NCBI GenBank assembly: GCA_013265495.1 | Contig: MU058836.1 | Location: forward strand, 496,001 to 560,000 | Origin: Vicugna vicugna | Lineage: Eukaryota | DNA: 64,000 nt | Direction of reading: 5' to 3' | Shown: in pieces, positions 12,359 to 23,790 of the stretch | Layout of the letters: each line of letters opens with the position of its first letter | How positions within the stretch are numbered: position 1 is the first letter of the stretch | Program-made: the position numbers and the translations under genes | The notes under the pieces: generated by a model | Databases searched by the model: none | What the model was told of the DNA's origin: nothing | The model's input: only the letters and a program-made list of their open reading frames with translations

Positions 12359-12566
12359 GGCGTTGAATGACACCAAGCAGGTGAGCCGAGAAGAAATCCA
12401 CCTGAAGGAGACCATGGAGGACAGTATTAAGATGCCCTCTATAGAGGAGAAAGACGACGACGAAGCGATGGGGATAGACTTTTCCCTAAAGACCGAAACA
12501 GTCGCCATCTGCGTAGTAGCTGCTGACGAGTCTCTCCTGGAGAATGCAGAGGCCAAAAAGGAATAA
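12359..12566 (+). CDS. Terminal coding exon (phase 2); ALNDTKQVSREEIHLKETMEDSIKMPSIEEKDDDEAMGIDFSLKTETVAICVVAADESLLENAEAKKE*
   Basis: Acceptor tatttttccAG (AG 12357-12358); open frame to TAA 12564-12566; followed by a long A/U-rich 3'UTR-like sequence. Confidence 0.85.
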
Positions 12567-14174
12567 GCATTTGGTGAAATTCTTAATCACCCCTTACTTG
12601 AACCGTGATGAAAAAAAGAGTGGGAGGGCCAGCTTGGGCTGAGAAGGGGGGGCACGGAGAAGCGAAGACAGAACAAAGCTGCTTTTTAGGACTGAACAAT
12701 CTATTTTCAAAGCACTGGTACCTGTGTGAGTGAGTATGTAAATTAAAGTTATTTAAATGGTTGGAACATGTGGCTCCTTTTCCATCACTACATCCTCCCT
12801 TCCGGATCTTCATCGTGGAAGTTTCGTTTGTCGCGGAATTTGGAAGCACCTCCCTGGCACGCGCGTGCTCGCTGGTGGGCTTGGACAGTGTGTGGAAACA
12901 GAAGCTCCGTGACGGTAGAAGACTTCTCTTAGGGGAACAACTTTTTGGCGCACAACTTTCAGTGCGTTTTTCTAGTTTTAATACCTTAAGCTTTTTCAAG
13001 ACCTAACTTGCAGCCGCTTTGGGAAAAAACAAAAAACAGAGAAACAAAAAACAAAAACAGAAAACAAAACAAAACAAAAAAACTGCTTTGCATAAAACAG
13101 TCACCTGTTTCCTAGTACCTCAAACTTAACCAAGGGAATTCTCTGCATTTATCAGTACTACCTGTCGTCATTGTGGTTAAATGTAGAGAGAACTGCTGGG
13201 CAAGATGGTGAATGGAGAAAAAAAAAAAGAGTTTTAAAGAAAGGAACACAAATTGTGCTTAAAATCCCCACGTGGGTTTTATTTCTTAAAATACTGTGAT
13301 TTTTTTAATTATTTTAGTAAAAAACAAAACAAAAAAAAGAAACAGACTTTAATTATTAGATAAATGTTTGTGAATTGTCATCCTTTATTCCAGGTAAGCT
13401 GTTTATTAGTGTTCAACTATAATTTAGAATTTGGTAGATTTCATGTGAGCTAATTTCAAGGTGACTGTGGAGTTTTGTTTGCCACATGTTTCTTTTCTAT
13501 CGATTTGAGTGTTACAAACACAGCACAATTCAGTTTTTCATACGAATTGTTTTTTGTGTGTGTGTTGTTGTTGTTTTGATTTGGGGGTAAGGGAGATTTA
13601 GTTTTTTGTGAATAGGAATGTTTTTATTTTAAACATGGAAATAACAAAGAAGTTAACTTTTTTTTTTTTTTAATTTAACTAAAGAACCAAACTTTTCGGC
13701 ACAGCTATGCAGCTTGCGGGCCAGACGAGGAAGTCCTCTTCACCCTTTTGTTGCTGTCAAATTGACACATTATCTGTCTCACAAATAATTTCTGTTAGGA
13801 TGGGCTGGCTTTTGTGTGTGATTTTAAAATCTGTGTTCTGTTTTTGTTTGCTTTTGGGTTTTTTTGTTTTTTGTTTTTTTTTTTTGCTGGGGGTGGATTC
13901 TCATTTATTTTGCGGGACAAGGGGATGTGCTTGAATCCCATCCCTTTGGTGAGAGTGTTCAAGAAATACTTATATCCTACAAGGAGCCTGGAGAACTACT
14001 TTTTTTTTTTTTTTTTAATCTAGCTGCCAGCTGCTCTGTTTCCCCGTATTAGCTTTTTCAGGAGGGAGCAGCTTAGACTAAATCTAAGTCTACATTTATA
14101 ATACGTTCTGATTGTGAACAAAGGGTTTCGTTCCAAAAAGTAGAACTTTCCTTGAAGCCTAGGTTTTAGAAGCC

Positions 14175-14238
14175 TGTGTGTGTGTGTGTGTGCTTGGATG
14201 TGTGCGTGTGTGCGCGTGCATTTGTGTATGTGTGTGAG
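14175..14238. repeat. (TG)n/(TGCG) microsatellite in 3'UTR
   Basis: tgtgtgtgtgtgtgtgtgc...tgtgcgtgtgtgcgcgtgca. Confidence 0.85.
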
Positions 14239-14756
14239 TCCTTTGGTTTTCATGTTTTTGTTTTTTGTTTTGTTTTGTTTTTTTAACTTGGAAGGGTTGG
14301 GGGAGGGGGGGAGAAAGGGAAAGGGAATTGCCGAGATGACAGTGTCCCACACAGCTTCAAATAAAATCCATGGAAAGATATTGCATTTGTGGAATAAGTA
14401 CTTACTTGAAAAGCATGTTCTTCTTTTATTTTCTTGCTGTTAAGAATTTTTATTTGTAGGGAGTTTGTTTTAATTTAATTTTTTTTTTTTAGGGATGGGG
14501 GCCATCATGTGGAAACCAGAAAATGGGGAAAGTGTGAACTATTGAGACAAAGATTCATTTTGTGTCCATATTTGTTTTTAATTGGCCTCATTTCAAATGT
14601 ACTAAACAGTTCCATACCTGGATTGGGTGTTTGTAATGGTTACCAAAAAAAACAAACAAAAAAAAGGAAAAAAAAAAAAAGAATGAAAGAAAAAGGAAAA
14701 AAAAAAAGAAAATAATTGTGACATGCTTTTATCACTACTTTATTTTTCAAATAACA

Positions 14757-14805
14757 TGTAAATATTGTAATCCATTGGATTTTGTTTTGCTAACCTGTTA
14801 ATAAA
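14757..14805 (+). terminator. Candidate proximal poly(A) signal with upstream UGUA/Pumilio element
   Basis: TGTAAATA at 14757-14764 and AATAAA at 14800-14805; other AATAAA hexamers at 14360 and 15001. Confidence 0.4.
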
Positions 14806-15179
14806 AATATGGGACCATTATCCTTTTAACAAGGCTAGAATGTCATTTTTTTCTTTTTTCAAACATATACCTGATATTTTGTGGCCGCACATTTTGGATG
14901 CATTATTATAATTCTGTTGACTGTAATGACATAGAATTTACAACATTTTTTTTGTTTAATTTATACAGAGGACATTTTTTTTCAGAGCTTGAGAGAAAAA
15001 AATAAATAGTGAAATGATAACCTATTGACTCCAATAGTCAGTATTTCCCGATACTTGATAAAAAGATAGGGAGATCCTGAGTTCTTGAAGCCAAGGGTTA
15101 AAAAAAAACAACAAAAAACACACAAGTAGGTTATTCAAGTTGTTTGCAACATACATTTTGTAATGAAATGTGAGAAATT

Positions 15180-15222
15180 AATAAAGAATTTTTTTCACAT
15201 GTGTCTATGTGCATCTGTTGTA
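15180..15222 (+). terminator. Distal polyadenylation site
   Basis: AATAAA at 15180-15185, CA at ~15196-15199, then GU-rich tgtgtctatgtgcatctgttgt; upstream TGTA at ~15159. Confidence 0.75.
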
Positions 15223-15993
15223 AATCATTTACAGATATGACTACAGATATGAAATGTAGAAATTATATAGTATTGCCTTTCAGTGCATGTACATGAGAGA
15301 TATTTCAAGCCATTGAATCTACACCGTTACAGGAAGCAAAGGTAAAATTAAGGTGAGGTGTGAGCTGGGATTTTAAAATGTTAATATTTCTGCATCAGAT
15401 ATTTATCATCAACTGGGGGAATTTTATGGAGGGAATGTTTTCCTTCAAAAACATGAATCAAAGTGGTGTATGAGGCTTCAGAAGGAGGAAACACCAGTGA
15501 GTAAACATCATCTGGGGACCCTGAATCCATGAGCACAGTTATTTTAAACTAACTGCAAGTCACAACCACTGCCACAAACTATCTTGCTATGCATCCTGCA
15601 CCAGTAATTATCATCATTAACTTATTCTTTGAGCTACCCTGTTATAAATCAAAGGAAAATTTAATAGTCATGAAACCCAGAAGAGTAAATTTAAATCAAC
15701 AGCACTGATTTTTAAACTCAGCTGATTTATAGTGTCTGCCTTCACTAGCGTCAAGAGAAGAATGGCTCATGTCCAGAGTCCAGCCTAAAAATTTGGTTCT
15801 CACCCTTTCTTGTCTTTATCTTCTTAACAAAAGAAAGATTTTAAGCGACTTTTACAACTAGAGAAAGCAGAGGAAAATGACTGAATAGTAAATTATATAA
15901 ATACATTCCATGAGCCTATACATAAGCTACATATTTGGCTCTGAGCTTCCTGGGAGGCATTGCAAAAAAGGGTCAATCAAGAATCACATTCTT

Positions 15994-16101
15994 TGGGGTG
16001 AGGGTATAGCTCAGTGGCAGAGTGCGTGCTTAGCATGCACGAGGTCCTGGGTTCAATCTCCAGTACCTCCATTTTAAATAAGCCTAATCCTGCCCCCCCA
16101 T
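15994..16101 (+). mobile_element. tRNA-Ala-derived SINE (camelid vic-1-like)
   Basis: A box TAGCTCAGTGG 16007-16017; anticodon arm gtgc-ttAGCat-gcac; B box GGTTCAATCTC 16050-16060; 11-bp TSD atcacattctt at 15983-15993 and 16102-16112. Confidence 0.9.
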
Positions 16102-16339
16102 ATCACATTCTTAGTAACTTTAATTATTGAATGCTCCAGAGAAATTCAACCTCTTCTAGAACTACAGGTTGAGAAGTTTCCTCTGTGTTTTCCTAAAGGA
16201 GAGGAAGTGATGTAATGGAGTTACGCATTGTAAAGCAGCGTTACTCCTCTCTCATGGCCTCCGTCAAATATTTATGTAATGAAGAGTGTTTTTCTTGAGT
16301 TCATGTCTAATCCATATCCCCACTTGGTTTTGCGTAGAG

Positions 16340-16650
16340 GAAGAGGGGTATACTGATAAATTAGTCATGGTAGCAACTGCGTGATAAGAGGTTTAATTCT
16401 GACACACATTCCCCAGTGAGGGTCAGTGGGAAATGCCCTTCCATCGAGTGGTTCAGGAGCCCCAGCTCCTCCATCTGATGATGCTGCCTTCTCAACACAA
16501 GAATCCTGGGGTCATTGCTGAGAGATTGGAGGTGACCTACTCAAATGCCTCACAGGCTAGCCCTGATCATACAACACCCCCTACCCAGAAGGGGGCTGGA
16601 AAGGATGTGGTCTTGTCCACCAATGTGCCCAGGAAGGACTCATGAGCAGG
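16340..16650 (-). mobile_element. Old MLT1 (ERVL-MaLR) LTR fragment
   Basis: ggttcaggagccccagctcctccatctgatgatgctgcc...gggggctggaaaggatgtggtc, resembling MLT1J-type LTRs. Confidence 0.5.
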
Positions 16651-16767
16651 TAACCTCTACCATAATCAGGAACTTAACAGATGTGTGCTTTTGGACTAGG
16701 GGAGATAGAAACCCTCTGTTTAGAAAGCACAGGATGCTGGTCCCATTACCCATGCACTTAACCAATA

Positions 16768-16860
16768 ATTTTTTTTTTAATGGAGGTACTGGGGATCGAA
16801 CCCAGGACCTCGTGCATGCTAGGCATGCTCTTTCCTATTGAGCTACACCCACCCCCACCC
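16768..16860 (-). mobile_element. tRNA-Ala-derived SINE (vic-1-like)
   Basis: Reverse complement of the 15994 element (ggaggtactggggatcgaacccaggacctcgtgcatgctaggc...gagctacaccc); TSD cttaaccaata at 16757-16767 and 16861-16871. Confidence 0.9.
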
Positions 16861-19436
16861 CTTAACCAATATTTTTGAGCAAATACTTGGTGCTAGCAAC
16901 AAACAAAACAGACAGAGCACTTGCACCTGTCTCCAAGAGCTCATAAGTAGCGAGGATAGAGCTGTGGCGTGGGAGAAATGACTACCTGAAGATGCTGCGG
17001 CTTCCTGGACCAATAGCCTCCTGTTTTGAAGGGTTTGCACCCCCATCCCCACCATGTGGGTGCTGGCATCTCTGGGGAAAGAGCCTTGACTGTGAATGCG
17101 TCTTTTTCTGTGTCTAAAAGCACACATCTGACTTAGGGAGGCATATGAAGAACTGGTTACTCACATATCTGGTGAGCATTCAGCCCTAAGCATAGTAAAC
17201 ACAGCTATAGGCTGTGCTCTTTCCTTGCAACTCGCCATATTTCAGGGCTGGTGTGTGACGGGCGACAGCACCTGATCACAGAGACCATAAGGTGCTTCAA
17301 AGACTGTGCTCATCACTTCTTGGAAACAGGATTTTTTTCCAAACACCCTGCCCTGTACTGGCCATTCCCTCTGCCTTCAGTACTGACCGCCTTTCCTTTA
17401 CTGGAAATCACCTGTCCTTTTACGACATCCTAAATGTAACGTCTGACGTGGAGCCTTCCCTGCTCTCCTACATGTCACAGGCCGTAGATGGGCACCCTAC
17501 TTGTCACCTGTCCCCATCTTCGTAAACACTTACTGAAGATGCGTCGCTTCTCCTCCCCACCCCCACCCAGACTCAGGCTTAAGTCGCTGAGACACATTGC
17601 TGTCAGATGCAGCTAGCCTTTTTAAATTCAAATATATTCCTGTTGATACCAAGTGTTAGTTCTCATCTGATTTGGCATCAATGTTACATTTTCTTTCAGA
17701 GCTTGAGATTGCTTTTTTAAATATCTAAGTAAAAATATGCAGCTTGGTAGATGAAAAATGTCTTTGTCTGAAATGCTGGGCCCTCTCCCTGAGAAAACGT
17801 CAGAGAACTGACACCACCACTACCCCCTCGACAGCTCACGTTGGCCGTCCTCCTCCTCTTCTGCTGTCCAGAGGTGAACAGGAATGGACGGAGAGGTCCA
17901 CTGGGGCCAAAGATTAGACATCAGTGGTGGCCAGCCACGGGGCAGGGCGGGGAGGCAGGGCAGGGAGGCGGGGTAGCAGCAGCCAGCACTGGCAGCGGTG
18001 GAGGCGGGGATGTGCGGCTGTGACAAGTTGGGTAGATGATTGTGTCAAGATGCATATTGGCGAAAGCATGCAGGCAAGAGTAGGGATGGGAGCTTGAGAG
18101 GCAGGTCTGAGGGAAGGCTTCCTCTTGGAATCCGAGAGATTTGGACGTGTTCATTATACCCGAGGGAAGGAGTTACGGCAGCTGCAGGGTCACTGACAAG
18201 CAAGCTCACCTTGGGATCCAGGGCACAGCAGAGCTTTGCAAAGAAGAGGAGCCCTTTGTCCCCCGGAGGAGAAGTAAGAGGAAAGGGGGTGTGCTCTAAA
18301 TGCGTCTGCAGGTGAGGAGGTGCAGGGGTCCCTGAGTTCGTGCCAACAAACTTGGTCTTGGAGGTGGAATCCAAAGTGAGGGGTGGGGGTGGGTCGGAGG
18401 AGAGGCGAAGATTCGGAGCTGCTCTTGAGGGTCAAGTAGAAGAGGACCGAATAGAGGGAACAGGGAGGCTGAACAGAACCGAAAACAGTTATTATCTTCT
18501 CCCTATGACAGAAAAGGCTTACTCAGAGGATCCGGGCTGACAGATCATCTACTAGAACTTCCCTTACAATACCCCACCCTCTGCCCCCCAAACACACATA
18601 CAACCCACCACCACCACCCCCCCATGGAATCAGAGGGGACGCTTCCTTTCCCCGCCTACTTAATTATCTGGCTTTTTGAATGAGGGGTGGAAAGCAAACT
18701 TGCCTTTTTTCTATTCACAATTTCCCTCTTGAGTTTGCTCCCATTAATGAAGCAGCTTAGTTTGGTTTAGCCGACTGCATGCATGACTTCCAAAAACCAC
18801 ATCACAATGCGGGAGGAATGCAGCCTCCAGCAACGCGCCAGCGGCCTCACCACATTGTTTAAAGAGCGGAGCAGGGGCAGCTCCAGTGCCTCTGAAATCC
18901 ATTTAAGATGTGTGAAAACACGAGATTGAAATGCTGACCTTTCCCTCGAGCTGACAGAACCCACTCCAGGGGGCTGTTTGGAAGACCGCAGCTGCAGGCC
19001 TGGGCCCATCCGAGACTCCCCAGGCCTCTGGCTCCCAGGGGCCCGTCCAGCTGGGAAGCCCTGCCTCTGTGTCCTCCGATCCCACCAGGGCATTGAGCCC
19101 AAGGCTGCTGGGCATTTTGGAAGGGGAGACGTGCTGAAGGAACAGTCACGCAGGGCAGAAGAGGAGGAGGGTTATCCAAGGGCAAAGAGAGGAAAAGAGG
19201 AAAACCTTATCTAAACCGTGTGGGTCCAGGTCTGCGGCCACCCCCCGCCTTTTCAGATTCGGGTCAAGGGAGGAACTCTACCCAGATGGGCTTTCTGACG
19301 CTAACCCAGGTGCCAAAATATTTGAGGCATCGCAGGGCAGAGGGTTGGGCACGGAACTTGGAATTTGGTGAACATGACTGAATCTTCATTCTGTGAAGTG
19401 AAAATTCACAGAATTTTGTGACTGAAGACGATGGAT

Positions 19437-19566
19437 AAATAGAGCAGAGCTGGTTAAGAGTGGCGTCTCTGTAGCCAGGCTGCCTCGGTTCAAATCCCAA
19501 CGCCTCCACTTACTGTGCGGCCTTGGGACGTCAAGGTAGCCTCGCTCCGCCTCAGCTTCCCACCTG
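19437..19566 (+). mobile_element. MIR SINE fragment
   Basis: ggttaagagtggc...ggttcaaatccca...ccacttactgtgcggccttggg...cctcagcttccc. Confidence 0.75.
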
Positions 19567-20101
19567 TGTGGTTGGGAAGAAGAGTGCCCGGTCACTCGGC
19601 AGGAGGGAAAGGGGCAGGACACAGCCACTAGATAAATGAAGACGGGGTGCGGTTGCTGGGATGCGATAAAGTCCGGGTGGAACCAGCTGAGGCCAAGGAG
19701 GCTTCAAGAATAGTGTGGTCATGGACCCTTAGCTCATTGTACCTTCACTGTGATACTAAAACTCACTCCTCCTTACCCCATGACAGCTCTGAGATGGGCC
19801 ATGAAAGGCCAAAGAGCGGGCAGTGGCACAGTTCCTGGGAGATCCCCACCCTTCCCCAAATTAGCAAGAATCTTCCTCCCACTTATTAGCGCACGAAGTT
19901 ACTCAGCCCATAAAACCCAACAACCCTACACCCTGGGGCTGCCCTCGTTTTCTGAGCCAGTCCACATTCTGCCTCTAGAGTGTGTGTCTCTCTCAACAAA
20001 CTCACTTTTGCTTTGCTTTGACTTGCTCTTGGATTCTTTCCTGTGTGAAGCCAAGGACCCTTACCCATCCTGAGGGCTCCTGGGGGTTCCAGGCTGTGAC
20101 A
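19567..20101 (+). mobile_element. Solo ERV1 LTR, MER41-like
   Basis: TG...CA termini; MER41-like blocks ccatgacag..., cagttcctggga, cccataaaa...ccctggggctgccct, and U5 ttgctcttggattctttcctgtgtgaagccaaggaccc. Confidence 0.65.
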
Positions 20102-21689
20102 CTGCCCTCTTGTACAACACTTGGGCCATCAGCTTAACCTCCCTACATCTCGGTTTCCCCATCTGTGTGACTGGGAGTGAAAATGCCTAGTCACATACGT
20201 GTTACGAATAGGATTAACTATGCAAAGCCCTTAGCGCAGCGCCTCTCCCATGATCGGTGCCCAACTCAAGTAACCCATCACCATCCTCACCATCGTGGCT
20301 AACTCTCTAACAACTCAGGACCTTTGTTCCCCCATCTGTAGAGAGGACACAATGCCATCTCTCTCTTAAAGTACCTCAGATGAAAGCAGGTGACAAAGAA
20401 GGGGATGTTTGGCCCATGGTAGGCCGTTGACATGTGGCCACTGAATCTACATCTAGTGATTTTCCTCTTGCTGGGCCCTGCAAAAACGTGAAGGATTTCT
20501 TCAGACCTAATGTGTGGCAACAGAGGATTTCACTTACAGCTTGAGCTCCTGGGTTTGAGTGCCAGGTTCTCTTCTTTACTTTGAAACCTTAGGTTTTTAG
20601 CCTTTCCCTTCGTCATAAAATAATCGCATGAAAGTGCAGGGAGATACAGCAGTTCGTGGGCTGGAGGAGAGCCACAGACTGTGAAACGCATGCTCCTTGT
20701 GGGCAGAGGCTCTTAGACTTCCCGTCACGCTTTGCACACCTATGAGCACACCTGCCCCTTGCGAGCATGCTCAGTCAGTATCTGTGGCCCGACTGCCCGA
20801 GAGGTGAGGCAGGAGAGCATCAGTACCGATTTCTGAGAGGCGGTGTGGCCAAAAGGGACCTCACAATCTCACCAGCAGCTCAGCTGGGTCAGGTTGGTGC
20901 TCATCTCCTCAAAGCTTTCACGTCAGATGAGCAAGTGCCACTCTTGTATATAAGACTTAATTTTTATTTTAGGGCAATTCTCTTCAAGTCTTCTAGAACC
21001 TAAAGCATTGCTCTTCAAAATACTTCTCCGCAGGTGTTCAGAGGGTACTTTTAAAGCCACTCGTCCTGGGTCCCACCTTCTCCTACTTGCCATGGCCAGG
21101 AAAGTGTCTTCTCCAGAACCCACGTGATAGCTAGCATGCTTTGGTGGACGCCACATGAGGAGACGTCTGGTTTCTATGAATTATCCTAAATCAGTCATTC
21201 AGTCTGGCCAGAGCCAGAAATCTAGTCACTGTCCTGGTTTAAACGTAAGCAGCATGAGCCTGGAAAGAGGCTGGACGATTCTGGACCTTGGAAACAAAGG
21301 TTCCAGGCCATTAAAGTACATCTCCTTCTTCTAGCAAATTCACGCTCATCCTTCAGGGCTGGACCTACGTGCCACGTCCTCTGGGCGGGGCTCGCTAGTC
21401 CCCAGGGCTAGGTGACGTTTCCCTCCCAGGTGCCTCTGAAGCCTTCAGGGCTTACTGAGAGCCCCGCGCTGAGGACTCAGAACGGAGACGTTCTGCCCAC
21501 TTGTGAGCCCCTCCCCTCCACAGTGAGGGAAGGCCGTGTCCCACTGGTTGGCTGTGTCCCCAGTGCTTGGTAGTGTGCCTGGAACCAAGGAGGCTGGTTT
21601 GAGTGAGGACGCTGTGTGCTGCAAGTAAAGGGAAATCCCAACGCAAACTCCAGCAGGCCTAAACAACGAGGGAGTGTATGATTTCACCA

Positions 21690-22090
21690 AGTCAGAAGTC
21701 CAGATACACGGTAGGAAGCACATGCAGGGGGATCAGGGGCTCGGTGATGTCGCCCAGGTTCTGTTCTGATTCTTTTCTCTGACCACCATCAATATCAGCT
21801 CCACCCTGAGGCTGGGTCCCCTTGTGGTTACAGCATGGCTTTCGCATGCCACATATTTTATTTCTCACATCTAGAAGGGAAACTTCTTCCCAAGCATAGC
21901 GTATAAAAGCTTTCTTGTAAGCTCATTGGGTCAGCATCACTTGGCCCACACATACAGCCCTGGACTTCTGCCAGGTAACCACCATCATCTGATTGTCTTA
22001 GGCTAATCATGGTTTCCATCTGGGATAGGAATGGAATGGGAGAGAAATCTGGGTTCAATTAGGTAGGAGGAAAGCGGGGCTAGATGTTGG
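21690..22090 (-). mobile_element. Old MLT1 LTR fragment
   Basis: gtcagaagtccaga...ctcattgggtcagcatcacttggcccacatacagccctggac...tctgattgtcttaggctaatca. Confidence 0.5.
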
Positions 22091-23169
22091 CTATACAACC
22101 AGCAGTACCCCTTACATAGGTGCTGGATAATTATTTGGTGACTAATGTAATAAACATTGAGAGCGTGCCCTGGTGCTCCGAGGGGCTGTTCCAATGCGGA
22201 AATCCATCGACAAAGTAGGAGGGGCCGAGGCTCTGATGGTGGTTCTCTCCGCACCGCAATGCCCTCATCTTTAGGAACCGTTTGCTGATCTGGGCACAGC
22301 TGAGTCCTTTTCAGTCTGATGCTTCTACTCCTCAGCCATCTCTTAGCTCAGAAAGGATACTGGTGAACTTCTCCAGCCACAGGAAAATATTTCGAGAGTC
22401 TAGTGGAGAGTATCCATATCTCCCCCATCTCAGCCCGTTTCCTTGACTCTCAAGGGGTGCTTAGCAGACCTGCTGCTCTTGTCTTCCAAACTCCAGCACT
22501 CATTTGTTTTCAAGAACCGGAAGTCTCTCTTTGGAGACAATTCATGAATTATAGTCCTTCTCCCCAAGCCTGTGTCCTATAATCTCTCCAACCCGCTTCC
22601 CGGGGAGATGGTGGGGGCAGATGGTAATAAGGGCCTTGGGGTCTGATGGGTCTGTTTTAGAACTCCACCTCCCTATTGACTCAGAATGGGACCACTGGAA
22701 AATCACTTACCCTCTGAGTCTTTTTTTCCTTGTCTGAGAAATAGTGTCTTTATAAATGAAGCACTGCGTCCCCTACCTCCAAGAAGAGGCTTTTGAAAAC
22801 TGCCAGAGTAGGAGAATTTGGGTTTGGGGAAATTAAGATCTTACAGAGAACTGGGGGCGGGCAGTGGGGGCAATATCTGCAATAAGCCTAGGAACACTCT
22901 CATGAATATATATTTTTAATTTTTCCTAAATTAGAGTTTAAAAAAAAAGACAAAATGTCAATGACATTTAACACATATTAAGGCACGAATAACAAGTGCT
23001 TTCCAATTAATTTCCATTTACCATCCTTTGCTCGTAAGGATATTTTCAACATCACCCGCTCCTTAAGTTTACAGGAAAAAGCCAGAAAGTCAGACTGTAG
23101 GTAAGCAGATGGAGAGGAGTTTGTTGGATTGCTTGCTCTCGCTCTCAAGTCTCCAACCACATATACTCA

Positions 23170-23790
23170 TTGTCTTTCTGTTGCTTTGCTCCCCAGAGAT
23201 CCAGGCTCAAGACACTGCAGAGAACAAATCCCCTGCACCATCTGTCTACACTGAGCCCGCTCCTCCCCTGGGGCTCCCAGCCTCGGGGAAACACCACCAC
23301 TTACTTACCCAGCCACCCAAGGAGAAACCTGGATCCCAGCCCAGACTCCTCCCGCACACTAGCTCCTCCCCTCCAATAGGTCCCCCTGGTCCAGTCGTCC
23401 ACTGCATGACAGCCCTTAAGTCCACCTGCCTCTGGCCATGCCCCTTCCAGGTGTGGTGGCTTCGGTTTCATTATTTATCAAGACTACTACAGCCACTTAT
23501 CTGGTTCCCTCCAGTCCAACCAGGCTGCGCAAGGCCACCAGGTCTGATTCCAACGCTTTCTTTCTTCAAACCTCTCAAGATCCTCGAGCTCCATCCTCCC
23601 TGGCCCCTGCTCCATAGAAGCCAGACATAAAGAACACCGTGCAGTCCCCCAAATCATTCCTCACGCTCGGTGGATTCTCCATGCTTTTCCACCCATGGAT
23701 CCAGTTGCTTGGAATATTTCTGTCTGCCCCAACCTAGCTAATGCCTCTTTGCCTTTAAAAACTCAGCTCAGATTCACCACTCTGTGCAGC
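23170..23790 (+). mobile_element. L2 LINE fragment
   Basis: C/T-rich L2 motifs ...gcctttaaaaactcagctcagattcacc. Confidence 0.55.

Larger units (their letters stand above)
12567..15200 (+). other. 3'UTR (~2.6 kb) of the + strand gene
   Basis: Follows the stop codon; lacks recognisable interspersed repeats; A/U-rich with homopolymer tracts; ends at a canonical PAS with a downstream GU-rich element. Confidence 0.8.

Noticed and set aside
6679..12566. Assigning a gene symbol to the + strand gene
   Set aside because: Only a low-complexity acidic C-terminus is in the window and I cannot name it with confidence. BLASTP of the spliced peptide would settle it.
12583..13006. Overlapping ORFs on both strands just after the stop codon
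   Set aside because: They lie in the 3'UTR, have non-ATG starts and show no protein-like features.
15022..15037. CTATTG-actc-CAATAG hairpin in the 3'UTR
   Set aside because: A 6-bp stem is expected by chance and matches no known element that I recognise.
15995..16070. tRNA-Ala(AGC) gene
   Set aside because: It has a TSD, a SINE-type 3' extension and an imperfect acceptor stem, and two more diverged copies occur in the window, so it is a tRNA-derived SINE.
23109..23630. 173-aa + strand ORF with a signal-peptide-like start
   Set aside because: It lies almost wholly within a decayed L2; the Pro/Leu/Ser bias reflects C/T-rich repeat sequence.
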